Assembly (NCBI GenBank): GCA_035624615.1
Contig: DASPRE010000066.1
Location: forward strand, 16,555-80,554
From: Burkholderiales bacterium
GTDB lineage: Bacteria; Pseudomonadota; Gammaproteobacteria; Burkholderiales; JAHFRG01
DNA length: 64,000 nucleotides
Reading direction: 5' to 3'
Notes under the pieces: model-generated
What the model saw: only the letters and a program-made list of their open reading frames with translations
Database searches by the model: none
Told to the model about the DNA's origin: nothing
Program-made: the position numbers and the translations under genes
Shown: one piece after another, positions 55,131 through 63,152 of the stretch
Position numbering within the stretch: the stretch's first letter is position 1
Layout: each line of letters starts with the position of its first letter

Positions 55131-56340
55131 ATTGAGGCTCCGGACTAGTTGCAAAGGAGGACCAAATCCGATCTTGAACGAAGGACCCCAGCGGTGACGA
55201 AGCGAACGCAAAGGCGCAGCGATGCAAGGCATTGCCGACCGGGCCGCCAAGGGCAAATAGCAGACTCATCCAGTGCGAATTGCGGATAATTGCGGCATTG
55301 TGAGGGCGTCGTTCCCGTTCGTAGGCGGCAAAGCAGGAGTCGATTTCGGCGGTCGTGGCGTTGTTCTGGAGGGCAATGCCCAGATGGCGGGCAATCGATG
55401 CAGCGTCCTCTATCGCCATCGTCATTCCCTGCGCCATTACTGGGTTGATGACGTGCACTGCGTCGCCGAGCAGCACTGCGCCGTGCGCCGAATAGCTCGG
55501 CGCATGTGCGCGCCACAGCTTGTACAGATGAGCCCCTTCGGCAACCGGGCGGCGGTCGGCTAGCAGAGGGGAGCGATGCTCGATGTGCGAGTATTTCTTG
55601 TCTATTGAACCGGAACGAAACAAGTATTCATGCTCCGAGCGAATTATCGCCGCGAGACCGAGACGGTTGACACCCGGAACGACCAACACGCCGCCATCGG
55701 GATGCAATTCAGTGCGCAGTACATCGGGCATGCCGACGGGCCGGTCGATGTCCACAATGAATAAACTGTGGTTATAGGGAGCGCGGCGAACTTCGATCCC
55801 TAGTCCTTCCCGGACGATTGACTTCGCGCCGTCGGCGCCAATTACCACCCGGCAGCTCAGCTCCTGCTCGTTTCCGTCGCTTCCCTTAATCAAGACGCCT
55901 TGGACACGACCGTCTTCTTTGATCAGCGACAACACCCGCGTGCCGTAGCGGACTTCAACTCGCCCAGTTGCTATTGCCGACTCGACAAAAGCGCGCTCGA
56001 CTTTGGGGTGTGGCAGCACGAGATACGGATCGGCGACGTTGGGCAAAGCCAGTGGAACATTCAGCACCAGGCCATCGCGATAATGGAAAAATTGCATCGT
56101 GTTTATCGGGCGAGCCCCCGCCGTGTAACATCGGTCCAATGCACCCCATCCCCTAAGAAGCGCGGTCACTGGGGGAAGCAGGCTTTCACCGCGGTTGATA
56201 TTGCCTGCGCCCGGATGCCGTTCGATGAGCAGCACGCGAAGTGCGCGGTCGTGCACAAGAGCCAAGGCGCAGGCCGTGCCCCCGACTCCGGCTCCGACAA
56301 TGATGACATCGTAATCGAACTGCTGAACGGCGCTGCTCAT
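55123..56340 (-). CDS. FAD-dependent monooxygenase (group A flavoprotein hydroxylase, UbiH/PF01494-like)
   Basis: 405 aa from ATG 56340. It shows YDVIIVGAGVGGTACALAL, a central DG motif region and GDAVHVINPVMAQGMTMAIEDA. Confidence 0.8.
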   Translation of the reverse strand: MSSAVQQFDYDVIIVGAGVGGTACALALVHDRALRVLLIERHPGAGNINRGESLLPPVTALLRGWGALDRCYTAGARPINTMQFFHYRDGLVLNVPLALPNVADPYLVLPHPKVERAFVESAIATGRVEVRYGTRVLSLIKEDGRVQGVLIKGSDGNEQELSCRVVIGADGAKSIVREGLGIEVRRAPYNHSLFIVDIDRPVGMPDVLRTELHPDGGVLVVPGVNRLGLAAIIRSEHEYLFRSGSIDKKYSHIEHRSPLLADRRPVAEGAHLYKLWRAHAPSYSAHGAVLLGDAVHVINPVMAQGMTMAIEDAASIARHLGIALQNNATTAEIDSCFAAYERERRPHNAAIIRNSHWMSLLFALGGPVGNALHRCAFAFASSPLGSFVQDRIWSSFATSPEPQYG

Positions 56341-56350
56341 TGGTCGTCTC

Positions 56351-56764
56351 CTATCGCTCTGGTCGCTTATTGGGTTCGAAGGGCAGCGGCCAGGGTTTCG
56401 AAAAATTGCCCAGCAAACCGCGATCGCCAGACAGGTGAATCGGCACTGCGACCATTGCCCATTCCGGGCCTCCGGAGGCCAGCATCCAGAGTGCGACGAT
56501 GGCGCCCTCGACAACGTAGCTATGGGTTAGGTTGTAGAGCAGATGATAGATGCGCGGGATCCGTTGGCCCCCGGAACTGCGAAACGCCACTGCCCCTGGC
56601 AAATAGCCGACTAAATCGATAAGTAAAAATGCGGCGATAAACCGGCTCCAGGAGATATCCTCAAAATGCGCGACCGCCAGGGACGTGAAAATTGCGACTA
56701 TGGCAACGTGTTCGGCGCGCATCCACCATGAAGCGCCTCGATCCGGGACAAATGCTGTGCTCAT
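56351..56764 (-). CDS. DUF4260-like small membrane protein
   Basis: 137 aa with 3-4 hydrophobic segments. It shows IDLVGYLPG, YNLTHSY and IHLSGDRGLLGN, which resemble the DUF4260 pattern. Confidence 0.45.
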   Translation of the reverse strand: MSTAFVPDRGASWWMRAEHVAIVAIFTSLAVAHFEDISWSRFIAAFLLIDLVGYLPGAVAFRSSGGQRIPRIYHLLYNLTHSYVVEGAIVALWMLASGGPEWAMVAVPIHLSGDRGLLGNFSKPWPLPFEPNKRPER

Positions 56765-56773
56765 TGCTGCTCC

Positions 56774-59254
56774 TCAGGCCGCATCCATGACAAGCGTCGG
56801 GTCTTGGTCGGGCGAATAGTCGCGCGTAGGCCGTGGTGAAGCGAGATGGAAACCGTGGCGGCTGGCGAGCGTGAGTATGTGATCCACTTCTGCCAACGAC
56901 ACGTTGTAGCCGACACCAAAATCACGGGTTTCTCCCGCCAGAGCCAACAGAATTGTTTCCGCCAGGCAGGCGAGCGTGACGCCGGGAGGCAAGTTGTTGA
57001 GATTTCCGACTCCGAACTTGATATTGGGATCTGGCAACGCGACCTGTCCGCCATCAAAAACGAAGAGATCATGTCGGGCGCGAGTTGCCGCGGACGTGTC
57101 AGGCGGCTTGGCCACGTCGCAGATGATTGTGCCTGGCGCGAGCGATGCGGCTTCGAGCGCCGGCCGAGCAGCAGCTGTGGCCGTCAAAATGATTTGGCAG
57201 TCTTTGAGTACCGAAGTGTCGTTAGCAATTTCAACTGCGGGAAGTTTGATTCTTAGTTCATTGGCCAAGGTTTGCAGTGCTATCACTGTTCGACTCGGGT
57301 TGCCTACCAGCACCAGGCGCCCGAGTTGCTCGCGCGCAAGCAAGCGCGCACAAAGGCTGCCAACCGAGCCGCGAGCCCCAACCACAGCGACGCAAGTTTG
57401 GCTCAGCCGCAAACGCCGAGCTTTCGCTGCGGCCAATATTGCTTTTACCGCCATTCCCGCGGTAAGCGCATTGCCGGTCGTAATTGCGGGTCCACGTCCG
57501 CAGGCTGAAAGCCCGCGCCGGCTATAGGGGGCGGTATGCCCGCCGAGACCGACGATGCGTGCCCCCAGGCTTGCTGCCAGATCGACCGCCCTGTTGATTT
57601 CCTGTGCGGTTCGGCGCAGGCCTCGCGACGCCATTTCCTCAGGCAGGATTGGCAGAGCCAAGATGAGTCCGTCGACGCTCTCGCCAGTAGCCGAAAAGAT
57701 AGTTGGCGCACGCATGACCACTCCCGGAGCGAATGCGCTGGTGTAGGCGCATACGCGCCGCAGAGCCTCATCATTGAAACCGCGAAGCGATGGGTTGGTC
57801 ACTTCGATATCCTCAGGACGAGTGTAGTGCCCCAACCACGCGTACTGCGGTTTCGGTGCGTCTTTGGGTAAGCGTGTGAGCAATAGCGGGGCGGGGCCCG
57901 GATATTCGGTGTCAACTACGGAGGGATAGCCATCAAACGCGCCGATTGCCCGCAGGATGGTGCCGGTCGTGTCCTGCTGAAGCGCACGGAAAACTCCATC
58001 GATCATCTCGAGTGCCATCTCCAGTTCTTGCTGCGAGATGATGAGGGGAGGTGTTATCCGAATCACGTCGGAATTCCCAAGAGTTGGAAGGACCAGGACA
58101 GAGCCTAATTCGGCGACCGTTGCCGCCACTGCATAGCTGTATAAACCCTGATTCGCGAGAAACGACAGAAATGTGCCCTGTTCTTCGCCAGGGGAGCGTA
58201 ACTCGATAGCGCTCATTAGCCCGCGACCGCGCACGGCAGCAATAAACTTCGGATAACGAGCGGCCATCTGATTGAGATAGTCCAACAGAATTTTGCCCCT
58301 GCGTTCGACGTCTGCGCAAAACCCGTCGTTCGTCAGTATTTCCAGTACCTTCAAACCGACTCGGCAGGCAACATTATTGTTGGCGAACGTGGAGGAGTGC
58401 AGGAGCGAAAACTGTTCATCCGAGAACGCGAGCGAGCTGAAACAGCCGCTGAGTGGGAATAGACCGCCGCCAAGCGCTTTGCCGAGCAACAGTACGTCTG
58501 GCTCGATCCCATCGTGTTCGCAGGCAAAAAGTCGCCCAGTCCTGCCGAGTCCTGTTTGAATTTCATCCAGGACCAGCGCTACGCCGTACTGTGAACACAA
58601 ATTGCGGACTCGCTTGAGATAACCAGGTGGTGGAAGATGAACGCCGCGTTCTCCCTGAATGGGCTCAATGAAAAAAGCGGCAATCTTGTCCCCGTCGTGG
58701 CTCAATCGATCCTGGAGCGCATCGGCATCGCCGAACTCAAGGAATTCAACGCCCGATGGCGATGGACCAAATGGGTCGGCATATTGCCGCTGCCCGGTAA
58801 GTGCGAGAGCTCCCATGGTCTTGCCATGAAAGGACCCTCTTGCAGCCAGAATGATGGACCGCCCGGCCCGCCTACGGACCAGCTTGATCGCCGCCTCAAC
58901 GGCTTCCGCCCCCGAAGTTGTGAATATGCCACGGGACAAATTTCCCGGAGCCAGTTCGCCAAGCCTGCGGGCAAGTGCTTCAGCGTGACGGGCACGATAT
59001 GGCTGAATCATGGCTGGTTCGCCACTGTCCAGCGCGGTTCGCGCTGTGTCTATTATTTGGGGTGCATTGTGTCCAAAGGCCAGCACTCCGTATTGGGCAT
59101 AGCAATCCAGGAAATGCCTGCCGTCTGCGTCGATCAACCAGACTCCATCGGCGTGCTCCCATATACGGTCCATTCGTAGCAGCGCGAACAGCCTGCGAAG
59201 TGTGGGATTCAGTCGACTGTGGCTTTTGGACTCACTTTGTACTCGTTCAAGCAC
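56774..59254 (-). CDS. Fusion protein: class-III (PLP) aminotransferase N-terminal domain plus acyl-ACP-reductase (AAR)-like NAD(P)-dependent C-terminal domain
   Basis: The N-terminal half shows GHNAPQ, LVLDEIQTGLGRTGRLFACEH and LLLGKALGGG (PLP Lys). The C-terminal half aligns end to end with cyanobacterial AAR (ITTGNALTA, VAVVGARGSVGS, LACLAETIL with the catalytic Cys, ASRHGF). The start is placed at GTG 59254, preceded by GAGG. The ORF-track ATG 59380 adds 42 Arg/Ser/Thr-rich residues. Confidence 0.8.
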   Translation of the reverse strand: MLERVQSESKSHSRLNPTLRRLFALLRMDRIWEHADGVWLIDADGRHFLDCYAQYGVLAFGHNAPQIIDTARTALDSGEPAMIQPYRARHAEALARRLGELAPGNLSRGIFTTSGAEAVEAAIKLVRRRAGRSIILAARGSFHGKTMGALALTGQRQYADPFGPSPSGVEFLEFGDADALQDRLSHDGDKIAAFFIEPIQGERGVHLPPPGYLKRVRNLCSQYGVALVLDEIQTGLGRTGRLFACEHDGIEPDVLLLGKALGGGLFPLSGCFSSLAFSDEQFSLLHSSTFANNNVACRVGLKVLEILTNDGFCADVERRGKILLDYLNQMAARYPKFIAAVRGRGLMSAIELRSPGEEQGTFLSFLANQGLYSYAVAATVAELGSVLVLPTLGNSDVIRITPPLIISQQELEMALEMIDGVFRALQQDTTGTILRAIGAFDGYPSVVDTEYPGPAPLLLTRLPKDAPKPQYAWLGHYTRPEDIEVTNPSLRGFNDEALRRVCAYTSAFAPGVVMRAPTIFSATGESVDGLILALPILPEEMASRGLRRTAQEINRAVDLAASLGARIVGLGGHTAPYSRRGLSACGRGPAITTGNALTAGMAVKAILAAAKARRLRLSQTCVAVVGARGSVGSLCARLLAREQLGRLVLVGNPSRTVIALQTLANELRIKLPAVEIANDTSVLKDCQIILTATAAARPALEAASLAPGTIICDVAKPPDTSAATRARHDLFVFDGGQVALPDPNIKFGVGNLNNLPPGVTLACLAETILLALAGETRDFGVGYNVSLAEVDHILTLASRHGFHLASPRPTRDYSPDQDPTLVMDAA

Positions 59255-59709
59255 GATAGCTCGCCTCGTTGACCTCGTTTCGGTCGATCGTGGTCGACTT
59301 CTACAGAAGAGTTCCGGTCCAAAAATGTGCAGACGTGCAGATGTGCTTTTTTCGGATACGGCCGCTGGCCGGCAGAGCAAAAGGGCGCGCGCGAAAGTTA
59401 TAGAGTTCAGAACGGAACTGAGCCGTTACCATCAGCCGCAAGCAAATGAATGCGGTTTGTAAAGAATATAAAAACATGCTCCTCCTGATATTGTGGCTTT
59501 TCTGCCGCCAGCGGTTGCGCTGGGTTTGGCCATTACTCTGTCGCATGGCGCATTACGGATGGGTAACGATTCGGTAACAGATTGCTTACTTGTTTACCAC
59601 CGCTGCTTGTAAGCGATTTGTAACCGATACGTTAGCGATTGGTAAGTCACGGTTTGGTACCGTGTTTATCGGCAATAAGACAGCCATTTGCACTAAATGC
59701 AAATTCAAT

Positions 59710-61047
59710 ATGACTTTTAGCGCAATTCGAATTCGAAACACGGTCGAGCTACTGGAGTACATAACCGTGAGTGCCGGCATGATGTTCGGGGCTTCCTGTT
59801 TTTTGGTCCTTGGATTCATCGCCGGATCCAACTCTATCCGCGACATAGTCTTGGCAATCGTCATTGCGGCGACTCTATGTCTATCTGTTGCTTATGCCGT
59901 TGGCGAAATGGCCAGCCGCTTTCCTTCGGCGCCCGGCATTCGCACCTACATTAAATGCGCATTCGGGGACGAGGCCAGCCTCTTTTTTACTTACCTATCG
60001 TTATTGGTCACTATTCTTTTTGCGGGCATCGAGATGAAGGTGTTTTGGGACGCCTTGTGGCCGGGAACTTCACCGCATGCGCACGCAGTAGCGACGTTCG
60101 CGATGATTGGCGTATTGGCTTATCTGAATATCACCGGGCGCGAGCTGCCGCGCCTGATTCAGGTGCTTTTTTGCTCGGCGCTTGTGACAGCGACCATTGC
60201 GGTATCCTGGGTTACCATGACGAGAATTGACACGACGCTTGGCTACGTGCCAATTGGTCCGCAAGCATCGTTGATATCTGCGATCGGCATATCTTTCTTT
60301 GTTTTTATTGGTTTCGAATGGGTCACGCCGATTGCCAAGTCGCCGGAAGCGTCGCGACAGCTAATCCCAGTAAGCATGATTATTGCAATTGCAACACTGG
60401 CGATAACCTACCTGCTTTTTGCGATGGCTCTGAATTTGGCCTTGCCACATGCCGACTTGCTGCAGTCCAAGGCGCCTCATATATTGCTAGGCGCGTGGCT
60501 GTTTCCGGCTCACGGATTGCTGATGATGCAGTGCCTGTCCGTTCTGGCATTGGTAACTATTTTAAACGCTGGAGTCATTGGGGCTTCCCGCCTGCTTTAT
60601 TTCTTAGCTCGAGACCGATCATTCTTTGGGTGGTTAAATGAGCGCTTGTCGATCCTTAATTCCAAAGGTGTTTCGTCCGCCAGCGTCGCGCTGCTGTGCG
60701 GTCTTTGCTTGCTGTCTTGCCTATTGGAGATTTATCTGGACGCTGCCCAGATCATTGCTCAGGTATGTGCTGGCCTCTACTGCCTGGTCTACTGCGCGTT
60801 TCTTGCGTCACACATCCGGCTGCGCAGACAACCCGTGGATAGGGCTTTGTTTCGCAGCCCATTGCCGATCAGCCTTTATTATGTATTAGCGGCTTTCCTG
60901 TTAATGCTTGGCATTGCGACGTTTCTTGGTTCAGTGAATCAAATTCCAATTAGGCTTCCGTGGCTCGCCCTGATAGTCTTTCTGTCCGGTGCCGCAGCTA
61001 TTCGCGTCGCCAAGTCACGGCGCATCGCAGCATATCGAAGGACCTGA
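59710..61047 (+). CDS. APC-superfamily amino acid/polyamine permease
   Basis: 445 aa from ATG 59710. It has about 12 TM segments. The N-terminal MFGASCFLVLG, GEMASRFPSAPG and FIGFEW are typical of APC permeases. Confidence 0.8.
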   Translation: MTFSAIRIRNTVELLEYITVSAGMMFGASCFLVLGFIAGSNSIRDIVLAIVIAATLCLSVAYAVGEMASRFPSAPGIRTYIKCAFGDEASLFFTYLSLLVTILFAGIEMKVFWDALWPGTSPHAHAVATFAMIGVLAYLNITGRELPRLIQVLFCSALVTATIAVSWVTMTRIDTTLGYVPIGPQASLISAIGISFFVFIGFEWVTPIAKSPEASRQLIPVSMIIAIATLAITYLLFAMALNLALPHADLLQSKAPHILLGAWLFPAHGLLMMQCLSVLALVTILNAGVIGASRLLYFLARDRSFFGWLNERLSILNSKGVSSASVALLCGLCLLSCLLEIYLDAAQIIAQVCAGLYCLVYCAFLASHIRLRRQPVDRALFRSPLPISLYYVLAAFLLMLGIATFLGSVNQIPIRLPWLALIVFLSGAAAIRVAKSRRIAAYRRT

Positions 61048-61059
61048 TGAGGCATCACC

Positions 61060-61428
61060 ATGTCAGCACGATCATCAGCGCCGTCATTGTCAGAAACACT
61101 TGAGAAATTTCGCTCGACGGTAAACGGCGATTCTCGCTTGACGAATATTTTGCGAGGTTGGGAGCCAGTGATCATGATCGAGGTACCCAACGCAGGGTGG
61201 AGGCGATATCTTCCCGTTCACGAATGTCGCATTGCCGAGATTACATCGGATTTCAAAGACGCTTCGCATATTGTCCGATTGCGATCTTCCGAGGAAACAT
61301 TAATTGCGATCTTTGACGGTCGATACAACCCGGTGGAGGCTTTTTTTAACGGAGAATTAGAATTATTTGCGACCGACAATGACCAAGTTAAGCTTGACGC
61401 CATCAGCCTAGTGCTGTGGGGCACATAG
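61060..61428 (+). CDS. SCP2 sterol/lipid-binding domain protein
   Basis: 122 aa. The C-terminal pattern LIAIFDGRYNPVEAFFNGELELFATDNDQVKLDAI matches the SCP2 signature (..G.l.p..Af..Gkl...Gd...a.kl). Confidence 0.65.
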   Translation: MSARSSAPSLSETLEKFRSTVNGDSRLTNILRGWEPVIMIEVPNAGWRRYLPVHECRIAEITSDFKDASHIVRLRSSEETLIAIFDGRYNPVEAFFNGELELFATDNDQVKLDAISLVLWGT

Positions 61429-61442
61429 ATCCTATCTTACCA

Positions 61443-62408
61443 ATGAATCCGGAACCCATTATGAACTCCAGCAATTCAGACCGGCAGCTCGACGCCGAGG
61501 CCGTGCCCAGTCGAGAGACACCGACATATAGCGTTCAAAATTGGGCCAATGGCAGGTGGGATATTCAGCAGTGGCTCGAACGGACCGCATGGCGAACGTT
61601 GAAGGATACAGAATATGGGCGTCCGAGGGTAGAGAATGGCATCTTACCCGAGCTATTCAGCGACGGGCTGCTGCGACAGGTTTATTTGATCGATATCGCT
61701 ACGTTCATCGAAGCGGAGCGGACATCGTTTGAGGCAGTTGCCGGTCTGCTGCGCTGTGCTCCGGATGAGAACAGTAAAATTTATCTCGGTACCCAAGTGA
61801 TGGACGAGTGCCGGCATTTTGAGGTCTTTTGCCGCCGCATGGCTGATTTTGGTATTTCTCCCGAACTGCGCAACACGCTTGTCAGACGTTATGCGACTCC
61901 CGCGATCAGGAAGTTTTACGACTTGGTGCTCGAGCAGGTGGATAAACGGGATTTTATTGCAGGTTGCCTGGCGCAGAACATTGTGATGGAAGGCATGTCC
62001 TACCCGGTCTATCGATATGAGATCAAGTACTGGTCGAGGATCGACCCCTCTTTAAGTCGGATCATTCGTGGTGCTTTTGCCGATGAAGTGCACCATGTTT
62101 CCTATGGAGAAGCAATCATCAAGGATCATATAAAAGGACTCGATCCAGCCAAGAAATCAAGGCTGCAGGCTCTAATAAGGGAATTTTCAGGACTGATGAC
62201 GGAAGCGTTCGAGCAGGTGATCAGTCACTATATCGGCTTGTACCAGGAATGTGCGAACCAGCATATGTCGCTGATGGGCAATGTAGAAATTTTTCCGGGA
62301 AAACTCATGTCTTCGGTATCGGAGGAAGATCAGGCACGTCTGCTCCTCAGGGAGATAACGCGCGAGCATGCTCAGCGCGCAGCCCGAATTGGACTTTCCC
62401 CAATCTGA
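61443..62408 (+). CDS. Ferritin-like non-heme diiron protein (oxygenase/oxidase type)
   Basis: Two E...ExxH pairs have canonical spacing (ORF-track numbering): E99/E101, E131-C-R-H134, E192, E224-V-H-H227. The start is ambiguous (GTG 61416, ATG 61443 or ATG 61461). Confidence 0.6.
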   Translation: MNPEPIMNSSNSDRQLDAEAVPSRETPTYSVQNWANGRWDIQQWLERTAWRTLKDTEYGRPRVENGILPELFSDGLLRQVYLIDIATFIEAERTSFEAVAGLLRCAPDENSKIYLGTQVMDECRHFEVFCRRMADFGISPELRNTLVRRYATPAIRKFYDLVLEQVDKRDFIAGCLAQNIVMEGMSYPVYRYEIKYWSRIDPSLSRIIRGAFADEVHHVSYGEAIIKDHIKGLDPAKKSRLQALIREFSGLMTEAFEQVISHYIGLYQECANQHMSLMGNVEIFPGKLMSSVSEEDQARLLLREITREHAQRAARIGLSPI

Positions 62409-62481
62409 TCCCGCCAGAGGTGAAGACGTGGTAGAACAACTCCTTTGCCAGGGCTAGTGGAGTAACTACCTAGAGGGCGCC

Positions 62482-63039
62482 ATGGGAAAATTCCTTTTGT
62501 TGATGCTTTTGTGGCTGCCAGCCTGTCTGCTGTTCCTGGCCTTCTACGAGTACGTGGCTCACCGATGGCCTCTGCACGAGCTGAATCGGCATACGTGGCG
62601 CCTCGAATTCGTATCGGACCACAAGGTGCATCACCGCCTCTACGCCCATCGGTTCCAGGGCGACGAGGTGCCGGCCTGGTATGACGCCCTGCACGTACGC
62701 GGCCTGATCGCGTTGCTTTGGTCGGGCCTTCTCATGGTGCCGGTCTATGCCTGGTGGTCGAGGCCGCTAGCCGTTACATTCGTGCTGTCAGCGGTCGCGC
62801 ACGGAATTTTCTTGCAGTGGATCCACGTGCAGATGCACCAGCCGAGCTGCGCCTGGCTTACGGCGACCCGCTATTACCGCTTCGTCCGGGACTTCCACAC
62901 GGCTCATCACCGGCAGGCGCGAAGCAACTACGGCTTCGTGTTCGCGCCGCACTTCGACCGACTTTTCGGCACAGAGGCAAGGAATCGCGTCGTGGACTCC
63001 GTCAGTTCGCCGCCAGTCCGATGCGGCGGCCGCGAATAG
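62482..63039 (+). CDS. Fatty acid hydroxylase/sterol desaturase-superfamily membrane protein (CrtZ-sized)
   Basis: 185 aa and membrane-embedded. It has His boxes HRWPLHE, HKVHHRLY, HVQMHQ and HTAHHRQ, which is the HxxxxH/HxxHH pattern of the superfamily. Confidence 0.7.
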   Translation: MGKFLLLMLLWLPACLLFLAFYEYVAHRWPLHELNRHTWRLEFVSDHKVHHRLYAHRFQGDEVPAWYDALHVRGLIALLWSGLLMVPVYAWWSRPLAVTFVLSAVAHGIFLQWIHVQMHQPSCAWLTATRYYRFVRDFHTAHHRQARSNYGFVFAPHFDRLFGTEARNRVVDSVSSPPVRCGGRE

Positions 63040-63152
63040 GGTTTAGATCTTCCGGTCGTCTGCGCGTCCAAATAAACCAAATTCCCCGTGTGGAGTTATT
63101 GAGCGCGATAACGCCCCGCTCTTGTTAGATGCTTTGCCAATTGATTCACTGT

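Noticed and set aside
55900-56622. A 240-aa plus-strand ORF, with similar long ORFs at 56976-57527, 58637-59179, 48541-48891 and 53296-53655, lying antisense to the island genes.
   Set aside because: They are shadow ORFs, typical of GC-rich DNA. Each lies entirely inside a minus-strand gene with clear family motifs. Their translations are Arg/Ala/Ser/Pro-rich with no recognisable domains.
48096-59254. An ordinary aminolipid (lysyl-PG or ornithine-lipid) or sphingolipid-like operon as the explanation for the minus-strand genes.
   Set aside because: The MprF-type domain lacks its membrane/flippase half. There is no OlsB/OlsA-type acyltransferase and no serine palmitoyltransferase (class-II AOS) gene. 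The presence of a diiron protein, two flavoenzymes and an AAR-transaminase fusion is not explained by those pathways. It is kept only as a fallback hypothesis.
59255-59380. ATG 59380 as the start of the aminotransferase-AAR gene, and TTG/ATG 59590 as the start of the permease.
   Set aside because: The extra N-terminal residues (MLCRPAAVSEKSTSARLHIF... and MFTTAACKRFVTDTLAIGKSRF...) are atypical of both families. GTG 59254 (GAGG upstream) and ATG 59710 give N-termini of normal length for class-III aminotransferases and APC permeases. The longer starts remain possible.
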